The notes beneath the pieces were generated by a model, which was not told the origin of the DNA, did no database searches, and saw only the letters and a program-made list of their open reading frames with translations. From Candidatus Binatia bacterium (GTDB lineage: Bacteria; Desulfobacterota; Binatia; UBA9968; JAJDTQ01), in the NCBI GenBank assembly GCA_963664535.1, contig OY761465.1:3565178-3629177 (forward strand): a stretch of DNA of 64,000 bases. Reading direction: 5' to 3'. This document shows, one piece after another, positions 51,821 to 61,521 of this stretch; the stretch's first letter is position 1; each line of letters opens with the position of its first letter. The position numbers and the translations under genes are program-made.

Positions 51821-52294
51821 CTATTGCAAGCCGAGTTTCTGATCCTGGGCAGTCAACTCGTCCAGCGCATCTCGGCGACGAGACTCCGTATCCCGACGAT
51901 AGGCGAGAATGTCTTCGGTCCGCACACGCCGATGTGAGCCGACCTTACGGCATGGGATTCGTCCCTCGTCGAGCAACCGTACCAGGAACGTCCTCGAAAC
52001 CTGCAGGAGATCGGCCGCTTGCCGTGTGGTCAACTCGGCCTGAACCGGTGTCAACGCAACTGTATTGCCACGCGCCATCTGATCCAGAATCTCGCGCAGA
52101 AGCCGTAGCGCTTGGACGGGAATCTCGACCGTTTCCTCGCCGGCCGCGCCAAATCGAACCGGAACCGGCTCAGTCCCATCCGGCAACTCTGCCAGTTTCC
52201 TGCCGATATGGTCGGCAAGAAATGCGTCCCGGCCGCTCGCAAACCCAGTCTCTCCGTCCTTCATGGCTCGATTTCCCATTGGCACCGCCTCCAT
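51821..52294 (-). CDS. excisionase-family HTH (HTH_17/MerR-like) DNA-binding protein, putative antitoxin
   Basis: LTTRQAADLLQVSRTFLVRLLDEGRIPCRKVGSHRRVRTEDILAY is the excisionase-family HTH. Its stop lies 3 nt before the PIN start. Confidence 0.65.
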   Translation of the reverse strand: MEAVPMGNRAMKDGETGFASGRDAFLADHIGRKLAELPDGTEPVPVRFGAAGEETVEIPVQALRLLREILDQMARGNTVALTPVQAELTTRQAADLLQVSRTFLVRLLDEGRIPCRKVGSHRRVRTEDILAYRRDTESRRRDALDELTAQDQKLGLQ

Positions 52295-53030
52295 TTCGAC
52301 AACGGCAATACTTACTCAACTAACATAAATACCATATTCGCTGCAAACGACACGTTTCAGGCTCCCATAGGTCTAGGAGTCTGCGCCGTAGAAAAATGTC
52401 GTGGGACAAAGCCCCACATTCGCACCAAAATCGCACCCATCATGGGACACGCAACCAAATTGCCGCCACTTTGGACGGAAACTTGGTCGTGCGATCCCGC
52501 CGTCCACGTCCAGAAGCGTTCTGCAGCGCAGACTCCTAGGTCACTTGAACTGTTCCCCTTGAATGGTGTGTCCTTCTTAACCTTCTTTCCGTGCCATTAA
52601 ACACAGAGAGGAGGGAGTCGTGGTCCGGCTGGGACACAGCCGAAAGGCAGTCCCAAACGAGACGCGGCTGACGAGGTAGCAGTCTATCGCTGGCGGATTG
52701 GATCAAGGATGTGGCGCTGGAGCATCCGGCCTAGGCAACCGACCGGAAACGATAGCAATGTTTGAGGGCCGGCGTGTGTCGTGGATGGCGATCCGAAGAT
52801 TCTCAACGACAGCGGCCCGGGCCCACGCCCGGGTCGCGGCCGACGCTGGAGAAGTGGACCGCGGACATGCACTGGAGTTGACTGCGGAGAGAGGCGGTGT
52901 TTCCCGAGAAGTTCAATCCGTGAAGTAGCGCGCGCGAGCACCCCAACAGTCGGTGAGTCGCAGCCGAGCAAAACTTGTCCGTTGCACGCGAACAGTACTG
53001 AGCGATCCTACCACCGACAGTGGTGCCGTG

Positions 53031-56000
53031 TTAACTCCGAAGCCTCTTGGCGATCTTCGCTCTCGAATCTTGCCAGTTGGCATCGTGGTCGTAGGTAACG
53101 GCAATATCCTCGAGGATTCCACCGACGTAAGGATAGTCGAAGTGGAGCTGCTCGGCCCAAGCACGATATCTTGCGGCGAGCTCCCGCTCCTGCTGGCCCC
53201 CTTCGCCCCGCCAGTGAACGCCGCGAGAGTTGCAAGCACCGATGACGAGTCCTCTGCCGATCTCCGAGGACGCTACCTCCTCCATTGCCTCGCAGACTGC
53301 TTTGCACGGCCATAAGCCGTCTTCGTCCTTGGGCGCCTTGGCAAGGAGTTGACCGAGCCAAAGATCGCCAGCCTCGACGCGGCCGTACTCGCGACAAAGG
53401 CGCCGCACCCCATCAAGCCACTTTGATAGTGCCACCGCGTCAATTTTACCGTTCTCGTCTTTGCCGGGAATCACTTCCAATCGATCGAGAAGGCGATAGG
53501 CTGCCCTTCTGACTGAAGCTCGCTGTTCTGGGTCTTCGACCAGCCATTCCGGCGGGTCTTCTTCTTCGTCACTTCGCTCGTATGTGAGGGCAATCGCCTG
53601 GACGAACGATATCGGTGACTGCGCAATCATGCGTTCGAGATTCGGAATCCCGTGCTTGCTGTGATCGAGGACATCGATGTAGAGGAATTCCAATTCAGCC
53701 ATTTCACCACGGGTGATACCCGCACGACCATCAAGCACCTCGAATGCTTCGGAAATAAAGTGCCCGTCGATCTTGAAATGGCCTGCTGGTTCGGCGTTGC
53801 CCGTGGCGACGTCACGCAGCAGCCGCTTGAGGCGGGACGTCTCGACATGCTCAATATTCATGTGGACGGCGCGGAAAGCTGCGCGTGGCCGGGCAGCGTC
53901 CAGAAGGCCATCCATGAGTTCGGAGAGTTCGGCGGGCGTGTGTCGGTGGCAGACAGGGTACACTTGCTTCCAGTATCCAACGCGGATGTCCTCTCCTTCA
54001 CCGTCGAGCAGACGCCACGTCGAGTCTCGGAACGGCGCATTTACAAACAGGCGCGTACGTTCGTCGGGGGGCATTACTCTGGCTGCGGCCTGTAGCACCT
54101 TGGTGCGAGAGTCGTCTTCAATGGCCCAAAGGGCACCCTGTAGACACGACTCGGCTTCATCTCGAAGGTCTTCATCAAGAGAAAGGCAGCGCCGGATGAA
54201 CTCAACTCGTTCATCAACGTTGGGAACGCACGATATCGCATATTGGCCAACCGTGTGGGCGGCACCGGTGGCAGTCAGCAGTTCCTTGACACCTTCGAAA
54301 CCATACTCTGCCCAGATGTCGTTCATCGCTTCCCGGCGCAGCCTGTCGATACGGTCGTCGCGTTTTTGCCAGTCGAAGTCCTCGTCATCGAATTCGTCAG
54401 CGGATTCCTGTACCCACTGATTGGCGAACAGCCAACGATGCCGGGCAACCGGATCTTGGGGTTGGAGTTTTTCGTAGGTCTCCCGCGCGCGGTCGCGGGC
54501 TGTTTCTCCGATCTTCAGGTGGCGGGCACGCCGGGTGAGGGCAAACCGTCTGATGCGTTCGCGTAACGCGGCCTTGGCAGATTCGCTGGCGTTAATGGAC
54601 CATCCGTCGATCAAATCCCAGACCTTGGTCTGTTCGTCCTCGGGAATGCCTTCGAGTGATTCGACGAGGTCGCCAAGAGTCGTTTCATCGTGGGACGGCC
54701 ACGCGACTATGAGGTCTAGCGCCTCTCGAGTGAAGTGATGAAGTTCCTTGTAAGTGACTACCTGCCCGGCCCCGGAGGCGTCACTACGCCAACGGGGCCT
54801 GTAGCTGTCGTGCCCGAACCGTGGACCGCGCTTGATTTGCTCGATACAGATCTCCCAACCGACATTGGGAAAATTCCTGACGAGCGCTTTCAACGCTTTG
54901 ATCCTCTGTTCCAATGTCGCTGCTGTCTGTGGCATCCAAGATCTGAAAATGGCCTGCAGGCTGGCGTCCGGTTTGTTAACCCAGTTGTCGTCGATTTCTT
55001 GCCTGGAAAGGCGAGCGAGGATTTTGGTTACCCGCGAGAGGTTGCTGGGGTTCCATGCAAGGCACTCCATGGCCCAGAGCAGACCAGTCCGTGAAGGAGA
55101 CAAGAATATCGAGCCGCTGTCGACCGGCTTGAGAAGGCCGAAGACCACGGGTTCGTCTTGGCGTAGGTCACCTTCGATGATCTTTAGGAATTCGTCGGGT
55201 GCGGCCTCTGCAAAGTACGGCAGGTTTTGGTCGTGCGAGAGCAGCTTCTCAAGTGCCAAAGGCGTCAAGAGTTTAAGGATCAGACCAGAAACTCTGGCTT
55301 CAGCATCGAGCCCGATACGGTCCCGGAGCAGGTTGTTTCCATGTACTGACAGGATCACGAGTGTCTCGCAGATTCCCTTACGTAGAGCGTCGGAGTGCTC
55401 ATGGGTCTTGTCATAAAACACTGCAGCCCACCTGTCGTCTTCCGGCAGGTCAAGGGCAGGATCAGTCTCGGAAAGCACAATTGCGGCGGCGGAGAAGAAC
55501 CGATCGAGGTCTGCTGGTGTGATCATCCTGGCAATAGCGAACAAAGCATCGATTTTTGAGACGACCCCCCGGTGGCTACCGGCGGACCACGCTGGGCTGT
55601 CATCGAGCTGAAGCAAGGGCATGACGTTACCTTCGACCGCCTCGTATTTCCGATCCGCCACATAGGCCAATATCTTGCGGTCCGCTTCCCGCTTAGTGTT
55701 CCAGGCTCCGATCAGGGCCATAGGTACGAGGGCTTTCGCGGTATCGTCATCGCCTGCCCAGACCGGCGTTCTGATCGCGGCGTTCTTTGAGAGGCGGCGA
55801 CGAAGGATTGTCGGCGAGCAACCGGATTCCCTTGCCAGCCGATCCATTTGGTCCCGTGCAACTCCGGCGGCATTTAGGGCCTTCCTAAAGGCCTCATGAC
55901 CGAGAAGATCAAGTGTGATATCCGCATTAACATTCACGTCATTGCGAGGTCGGAAAACGATGCCGTGAAGTCGGCGATAGGCGTCGGCAAGCTCGCGCTC

Positions 56001-57098
56001 GACATCCTCGGAGACAACGATCGGAATGAACGGTACTGACGACGAAATCAGAGTTCGAAGAGTCGGAGGAGATGTGAAAATCGCGGTAAGGTCTTTGGAT
56101 TGATGGAACTCTTGCACATCAAACAGGCAAGCAAGGAAGGCGAGTGCTTCGTCCCGTGAGTCAGCCGAGACGACAAATGGCTTGTTGCTCGGGTTGGTGA
56201 GCCACTTCTTGAAAGTGCCTTGGTACGCTGCGATCGAAGGTGCGAAGATTTCGGGTGTCAGATGTGGCTCGCTGGCATTCGCCCATCGATTCCATGCTTG
56301 CTCAAGAGTCTCGTACCCGTTGACCGGCAATCCAACTTGCTCGGCAAACCAGATCTGCGCTGGCACGGACTGCTCCAGCCACTGCTCGATGTCGCTCGCA
56401 TCGAATACTCTGACTGCCTTCCAGTCTCCAGCCTCATTTTTCAGTTTTTCCCAAGTCGTCTTGCCTGCCCAGTTGCGGGGGGTGACAAAAACGAAGGTGC
56501 TCTTGGCACGTTCGGGGCGGCCAACCGAGATCAGGCGGGAGGAATAGTCGTTCTCTGCTTTGACACGGGACTCTTTGTTGGTGCCGAACTCCCAATGGGA
56601 CAGCCCTTCGGGAACCCAGGGGGTGGCGGCGGACGCTTCGACAAAACCATCGTCGCCTTTGCGTTGGGCGTTGTCGTAACCGGGGAAGTCGACCCTGAGA
56701 AGTCCGTTGCCCGTTGATTGCACCAACTTTCGCAGCAACACGGGTAGGTGAGTGCGCGCATCAATTTGGCCGGCCCAATCCTCGATCTGTCTTGCGGTGA
56801 TGGTCAGGAAACTGGGCACGAAGGCGCGTACCGCGACGGCCCTTTCCCCAACCTGTCGCTCTTGCAGGTCGTGCGCTGACTGCATGTCCAGCAGTCTCTG
56901 ACGGTCGGCGCCAAACGCCTTCTCCAATCTGACCGCCATCTCCGGGGACAGGGCAGATCTCCCGTTTAGGAAGTTCGACAGCGCTGGGCGGCCTATGCCG
57001 AGTCGGTTGGCCGCGTCTTTGACTGTCATGCCAGACGGAATGACGTTTTGCCGGACAAAGGTGCCTGGATGCTGGTGTAAATCCGGATGAGCTTTCAT
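53031..57098 (-). CDS. 1355-aa protein: N-terminal HigA/XRE-type HTH domain fused to a ~1250-aa region of unknown function
   Basis: N-terminal MTVKDAANRLGIGRPALSNFLNGRSALSPEMAVRLEKAFG is a HigA-family antidote HTH. The rest has no recognisable P-loop, nuclease or protease motif. It is a single long ORF in a lower-GC island. Confidence 0.7.
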   Translation of the reverse strand: MKAHPDLHQHPGTFVRQNVIPSGMTVKDAANRLGIGRPALSNFLNGRSALSPEMAVRLEKAFGADRQRLLDMQSAHDLQERQVGERAVAVRAFVPSFLTITARQIEDWAGQIDARTHLPVLLRKLVQSTGNGLLRVDFPGYDNAQRKGDDGFVEASAATPWVPEGLSHWEFGTNKESRVKAENDYSSRLISVGRPERAKSTFVFVTPRNWAGKTTWEKLKNEAGDWKAVRVFDASDIEQWLEQSVPAQIWFAEQVGLPVNGYETLEQAWNRWANASEPHLTPEIFAPSIAAYQGTFKKWLTNPSNKPFVVSADSRDEALAFLACLFDVQEFHQSKDLTAIFTSPPTLRTLISSSVPFIPIVVSEDVERELADAYRRLHGIVFRPRNDVNVNADITLDLLGHEAFRKALNAAGVARDQMDRLARESGCSPTILRRRLSKNAAIRTPVWAGDDDTAKALVPMALIGAWNTKREADRKILAYVADRKYEAVEGNVMPLLQLDDSPAWSAGSHRGVVSKIDALFAIARMITPADLDRFFSAAAIVLSETDPALDLPEDDRWAAVFYDKTHEHSDALRKGICETLVILSVHGNNLLRDRIGLDAEARVSGLILKLLTPLALEKLLSHDQNLPYFAEAAPDEFLKIIEGDLRQDEPVVFGLLKPVDSGSIFLSPSRTGLLWAMECLAWNPSNLSRVTKILARLSRQEIDDNWVNKPDASLQAIFRSWMPQTAATLEQRIKALKALVRNFPNVGWEICIEQIKRGPRFGHDSYRPRWRSDASGAGQVVTYKELHHFTREALDLIVAWPSHDETTLGDLVESLEGIPEDEQTKVWDLIDGWSINASESAKAALRERIRRFALTRRARHLKIGETARDRARETYEKLQPQDPVARHRWLFANQWVQESADEFDDEDFDWQKRDDRIDRLRREAMNDIWAEYGFEGVKELLTATGAAHTVGQYAISCVPNVDERVEFIRRCLSLDEDLRDEAESCLQGALWAIEDDSRTKVLQAAARVMPPDERTRLFVNAPFRDSTWRLLDGEGEDIRVGYWKQVYPVCHRHTPAELSELMDGLLDAARPRAAFRAVHMNIEHVETSRLKRLLRDVATGNAEPAGHFKIDGHFISEAFEVLDGRAGITRGEMAELEFLYIDVLDHSKHGIPNLERMIAQSPISFVQAIALTYERSDEEEDPPEWLVEDPEQRASVRRAAYRLLDRLEVIPGKDENGKIDAVALSKWLDGVRRLCREYGRVEAGDLWLGQLLAKAPKDEDGLWPCKAVCEAMEEVASSEIGRGLVIGACNSRGVHWRGEGGQQERELAARYRAWAEQLHFDYPYVGGILEDIAVTYDHDANWQDSRAKIAKRLRS

Positions 57099-57550
57099 TG
57101 TGTTGCCTCCCCTAAACTGGCCGATTCCTAATAAGCTACATTAGCGTGTAGCGCGATACGCAACACAATGCAGTCGCTTGTCTCGAATTTCTGGAAACTG
57201 ACGCAGCCACGCCACCGAGAAGGCCTACGTGCTTCAGCGGCGCTGTTCCCTTTGGTGGCTAGCCAGTGGTGCCGGAGCAACAGATTCGTCGACGCGGTTG
57301 ATCTCGTATGCTAGGTAGACTTGGATGCGCATGTCCGAAAAGCGGAGCCACTACCGGGGCCAAAATTGAGTTTCCAGAACGTCGTTGTTGGGAGTCCGGG
57401 GGGTACCTAGACAGAGGACGGAGCGACAGAGCCGCGTTGCAGCGCGCACAGACCAGAGTGAATCTGCTTACGATATGCTTACGACAAGGACCACGGCGCT
57501 CAGCGATCCACAGTTCATGATCCAATAAATGACAAGTATATCAAATAGTT

Positions 57551-59674
57551 ATGAGTGACTCCCGAGATCGGTACATGGTCGGGGTGGACGTCGGCGGCAC
57601 CTTCATCGACTTGATGGTGTCCGGCAACGGGCACCGCCTCATCCTCAAGATCCTGTCCGATCCCGCTGACCGCGCCGGCGCACTTCTGGCCGGCTTGGCG
57701 CTCGCGGGCGAGGAACTGGGGCTCACCCTGAAGGAACTGTTGGCGCGCACCGAAAGGATCATTCACGGCAGCACCATCGCCACCAATGCCTTGCTGACGC
57801 GCGGCGGCACGCGCACGGCGTTGCTTGCCACCGCTGGTTTCCGGGACGTGCTCAACATGCGCCGCGGGGTGCGTTCGAACCTGTACGATCCCAAGCAGGC
57901 GCCTCCCGACCCGCTCATTCCCAGACAGCGAATTCATCCCATCGCGGAGCGCATGGACAGTGATGGCGCGGTGTTGGAGGCGGTGGGCGAGGAATCCGTT
58001 GCGGAGGCCGTGGCGGGGCTCCGCCAGGCCGGGGTGGAAAGCGTCGCCGTGGGTTTCCTGTTCTCTTTCGCCAATGATGCCCATGAGTGCGCGGTGGGGC
58101 AGCGGCTCCGCGAAAGCCTGCCGGATGTGCACGTGTCTCTCTCCAGCGAGGTGCTGCCCGAGGTAAGGCTCTACGAGCGCCTCAGCACCACCGCGGTCAA
58201 CGCCTATGTGACGCCGGTGCTGGCGGCCTACCTCGGCGGGCTTGAGCGGCGTTTGTCGGACAACGGGTTCCGCGGCCGGCTGCTGGTCATGCAGTCCAGC
58301 GGCGGGGTCATGGGGCTGGACTCGGCCGCCCGGTTCGGCGTCCGGAGCATCCTGTCCGGCCCTGCCGCCGGGCCGGTTGCGGGGCTTTGGTACGCCGGCC
58401 TCCACGGCATTGCCAACGCCATCACCACCGACATGGGCGGCACGAGCTTTGACGTCTGCCTGGTCAACCGAGGCGAGGTGGAGGTGACCAAGGAGATGGA
58501 GATCTCGGGACACCGGATCGCTTTGCCCATGGTGGCGGTGCACACCATCGGCGCCGGCGGCGGCAGCATCGTGACCGTGGACGGCCGGGGTCTGCTGCAG
58601 GTGGGGCCCGAGAGCGCGGGCGCGACCCCCGGACCGGTGTGCTACGGCCGTGGCGGCGTCCGGCCCACCGTGACCGACGCGGACCTGCTTATCGGGTACC
58701 TGAGCCCGGACCGGTTCTGGGGTGGACGTCTCCGGCTCGACGAGGATACCGCCCGGGAGGCGTTCCGCCGGCATGTGGCCGAGCCCCTGGGCATGGACGT
58801 GGTACGGGCCGCCTACGGCGCCCATCAGGTGGTGAACGCCAACATGGTGGACGCCATCCGGGAGGTATCCGTGCGGCGCGGCCACGACCCGCGCGGGTTC
58901 GTGCTGGTGGCGGCGGGCGGCGCCGGCCCCATCCACGCCTGCGCCATCGCCCGGGAGTTGAACATCGGCTTGATCCTGGTGCCTCGGGAGGCGTCGGTCA
59001 TGTGCGCCGCGGGACAGCTCCTGTCCGACCTGCGCCACGACTTCGTGCGGAGCTGCGTGGTGCCTCTGGAACGGCTCGATCGGGACACGGTGGAGGGGCA
59101 TTTCCGGGACCTCCGGCGCGCGGCCGTGGAGGCCCTCCTGGCCGAGGGTGTTTCGCGTGATCGCATTGCGGTAAGCTGCGCGGTGGACATGCGTTACGTA
59201 GGGCAGTTCAGCGAGGTCGAGGTGCCCGTGCCCGAGGCCGAGCTCACTGAGGCCGTGGTCGCGAGACTGGCCGGCGACTTCCATCGGATCCACGAGTCGT
59301 TGAACGGTTACGGTATGCCGGACGCGGCCGCCGAGATCGTCAACCTGCGGGCGGTAGGAAGGGGGCTCGCCGACACCGAGCTCATGTCCGAGCGAAACGG
59401 TACCCCCGCCACGGCGTTGACGGGCCGCCGGAGGGCGTTTATCGAGGACGGATTCCGCGAGGTGCCGGTCTACGACGGCCACCGCCTGGCCTCGGGCGAG
59501 GATATCGCCGGCCCCGCCATCGTCGAGCAGGAGACCACCACGGTGGTGGTGACGCCGGAGTATCGGCTCACTTGCGACGCTTTCGGGAACTATCTCGTAT
59601 ACCTCGGGGAGCGCGGCCTGGCCGGGAGCCTGGCGCGGGTGAAGCGGGAAACGGCAGAGAAGGGCGGGGAGTAG
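57551..59674 (+). CDS. hyuA: hydantoinase/oxoprolinase family A subunit (HyuA-like)
   Basis: MVGVDVGGTFIDL ATPase N-terminus and full-length family similarity. Confidence 0.9.
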   Translation: MSDSRDRYMVGVDVGGTFIDLMVSGNGHRLILKILSDPADRAGALLAGLALAGEELGLTLKELLARTERIIHGSTIATNALLTRGGTRTALLATAGFRDVLNMRRGVRSNLYDPKQAPPDPLIPRQRIHPIAERMDSDGAVLEAVGEESVAEAVAGLRQAGVESVAVGFLFSFANDAHECAVGQRLRESLPDVHVSLSSEVLPEVRLYERLSTTAVNAYVTPVLAAYLGGLERRLSDNGFRGRLLVMQSSGGVMGLDSAARFGVRSILSGPAAGPVAGLWYAGLHGIANAITTDMGGTSFDVCLVNRGEVEVTKEMEISGHRIALPMVAVHTIGAGGGSIVTVDGRGLLQVGPESAGATPGPVCYGRGGVRPTVTDADLLIGYLSPDRFWGGRLRLDEDTAREAFRRHVAEPLGMDVVRAAYGAHQVVNANMVDAIREVSVRRGHDPRGFVLVAAGGAGPIHACAIARELNIGLILVPREASVMCAAGQLLSDLRHDFVRSCVVPLERLDRDTVEGHFRDLRRAAVEALLAEGVSRDRIAVSCAVDMRYVGQFSEVEVPVPEAELTEAVVARLAGDFHRIHESLNGYGMPDAAAEIVNLRAVGRGLADTELMSERNGTPATALTGRRRAFIEDGFREVPVYDGHRLASGEDIAGPAIVEQETTTVVVTPEYRLTCDAFGNYLVYLGERGLAGSLARVKRETAEKGGE

Positions 59675-59678
59675 GACC

Positions 59679-61469
59679 ATGGACCCCATTCTCCTCACCG
59701 TCATCGCCAACCGTCTCGAAGGGGTCACCCGGGAGATGGGCGCGGGCATGCTGCGGAGCTCGCGCTCGCCCATCTTCGCCGAGAACAAGGACTTCGTCAC
59801 CGCGGTGTTCGACCGCCAACTCAGGCTGGTGGCCCAGACCGCCTACATCCCGGTGCTGATGGGGGCGAGTCCGTTTGCGGTGAAGTCGGTCAGCGAGCAC
59901 TTCGGGGACGACGTGGAGCCGGGGGACGTGATGATCCTCAACGACCCCTACCGCGGCAACAACCACGCGCCGGACATCTCCGTCCTGAAACCGGTGTTCT
60001 ACGAGGGCCGGCTTCGGTTCTGGGTCCTCAGCCGGGGCCACCACGCAGACATCGGCGGCGGCGGAGCGGCGGGACGGAACCCCCACGCGGCCACTGCCTG
60101 GGAAGAGGGTCTGCGGATCCCTCCGGCGAAGCTCTACCGGGGCGGCGCCTACAACCGCGACGTATGGGAGATCATCCTGCTGAACGTGCGCCTGCGCAAC
60201 TCGGTGGAGGGCGACCTCCAGTGCCAGGTGGGCGCCTGCAACGTGGGCGAGAAGTCGCTGGGGCAGATGCTCGATCGGTACGGCTGCGACAGCGTCGAAG
60301 GCGCCATGGAGGAGGTGCTGGACCGGAGCGAGGCGCAGATGCGGGAGCGCATCGCCGCCGTCCCCGACGGGGTCTACCACGCGTTCCGGCAGCTCGATCA
60401 CGTGCTGGAGGACGTCCCCGGCGGACGGCCGACCATCCGGGTGCGGCTCGAGGTGGAAGGGGAGGATCTGCGTTTCGATTTCGCCGGCTCCGATCCGCAG
60501 ATCCCGGTCTACTACAACAGCTCCTACGCCAACACGGTTTCGTCCTGCTACATCGGGCTCTTTTCCACCATCGCGGCCGACGTGGGCGTAAACGAGGGCT
60601 GCATGCGCCCGGTGGAGGTGCTTGCGCCGGAGGGGTCGCTGGTGAATCCCCGGGAAGGCGCCCCCACCACCCAGTGCACCGTGGCCACCTGCGCCACCAT
60701 CGTGGAGGCCGTGTGGATGGCCTTGTCCCAGGCGGTGCCGGAACGGGTGCAGGCGGGCTGGGCGCGCACCAACGCGGGCGCCGGCACCGCCCTGAACCGG
60801 CGGACCGGCCGGCCGGCGGCCTTCATCCTCCATTTCGCCAAGGGAGGCGGCGGCGCCACCCAGGGCTTCGACGGCTGGAACCACATCAGCCCGGTGTCGT
60901 CCATGGGCGGCAGCCGGGTGCCGGATCCGGAGCTCTACGAGATGACCTTCCCGCACCGGATACTGAACTATGAACTCCGCCCGGACAGCGCCGGCGCCGG
61001 CAAGTGGCGCGGCGGCTACGGGGCGCTCTTCTCCCTGCGCTTCAACGAGGACGGCAGCGCGCTCTCGGTGCAGATCGGCAGCGGCGCCGAGGAGACCGCG
61101 CCGTTCGGGCTGGCCGGGGGCTCTTCCGCCGCCGCCGGGACGGTGCGGGTGCACTCGGAAAGCGGCGAAGCACTGGAGTTCCACCGCGCCGCCATGCACC
61201 ACCCCCGAGGCGGCGACGTGGCCGAGATCCGCTCCGCCGGGGGCGGTGGATACGGCGATCCCTGTGAGCGGCCGGTGGAGGCCGTTCTGGAAGACGTGGC
61301 CGCCGAGCTGCTGTCGCCGGAGAACGCGCGGCTGCAGTACGGAGTGGTGGTGGACCCGGAGACGGGCGCCGCGGACATGGACGCGACCCGGAGGTTGCGG
61401 CAGGCGCGCCGCTCGGAGCACCCGGCCTCGGGCAACCGCTTGACCCGCATACCCCACGAAGGGGCATAA
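59679..61469 (+). CDS. hyuB: hydantoinase B/oxoprolinase family subunit (HyuB-like)
   Basis: MDPILLTVIANRLEGVTREMG...DPYRGNNHAPDISV is the conserved HyuB N-terminus. Confidence 0.9.
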   Translation: MDPILLTVIANRLEGVTREMGAGMLRSSRSPIFAENKDFVTAVFDRQLRLVAQTAYIPVLMGASPFAVKSVSEHFGDDVEPGDVMILNDPYRGNNHAPDISVLKPVFYEGRLRFWVLSRGHHADIGGGGAAGRNPHAATAWEEGLRIPPAKLYRGGAYNRDVWEIILLNVRLRNSVEGDLQCQVGACNVGEKSLGQMLDRYGCDSVEGAMEEVLDRSEAQMRERIAAVPDGVYHAFRQLDHVLEDVPGGRPTIRVRLEVEGEDLRFDFAGSDPQIPVYYNSSYANTVSSCYIGLFSTIAADVGVNEGCMRPVEVLAPEGSLVNPREGAPTTQCTVATCATIVEAVWMALSQAVPERVQAGWARTNAGAGTALNRRTGRPAAFILHFAKGGGGATQGFDGWNHISPVSSMGGSRVPDPELYEMTFPHRILNYELRPDSAGAGKWRGGYGALFSLRFNEDGSALSVQIGSGAEETAPFGLAGGSSAAAGTVRVHSESGEALEFHRAAMHHPRGGDVAEIRSAGGGGYGDPCERPVEAVLEDVAAELLSPENARLQYGVVVDPETGAADMDATRRLRQARRSEHPASGNRLTRIPHEGA

Positions 61470-61521
61470 TGGTTGCGCAGAATGGCGTCATGAAAGAATG
61501 AAGGGTTGGCAGGAGGGGACC

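Noticed and set aside
53031-57098. AGKTT (NWAGKTTWEK) as a Walker A motif implying an ATPase in the giant protein
   Set aside because: It lacks the upstream glycine spacing of GxxxxGK[ST], and no Walker B or sensor motifs follow, so it is probably fortuitous.
57259-57525. 88-aa ORF upstream of the giant HigA-HTH gene as a possible HigB toxin partner
   Set aside because: It has no RelE/HigB-like features (Cys/Arg-rich, low complexity), the region is AT-rich promoter-like DNA, and it lies antisense to the hyuA leader.
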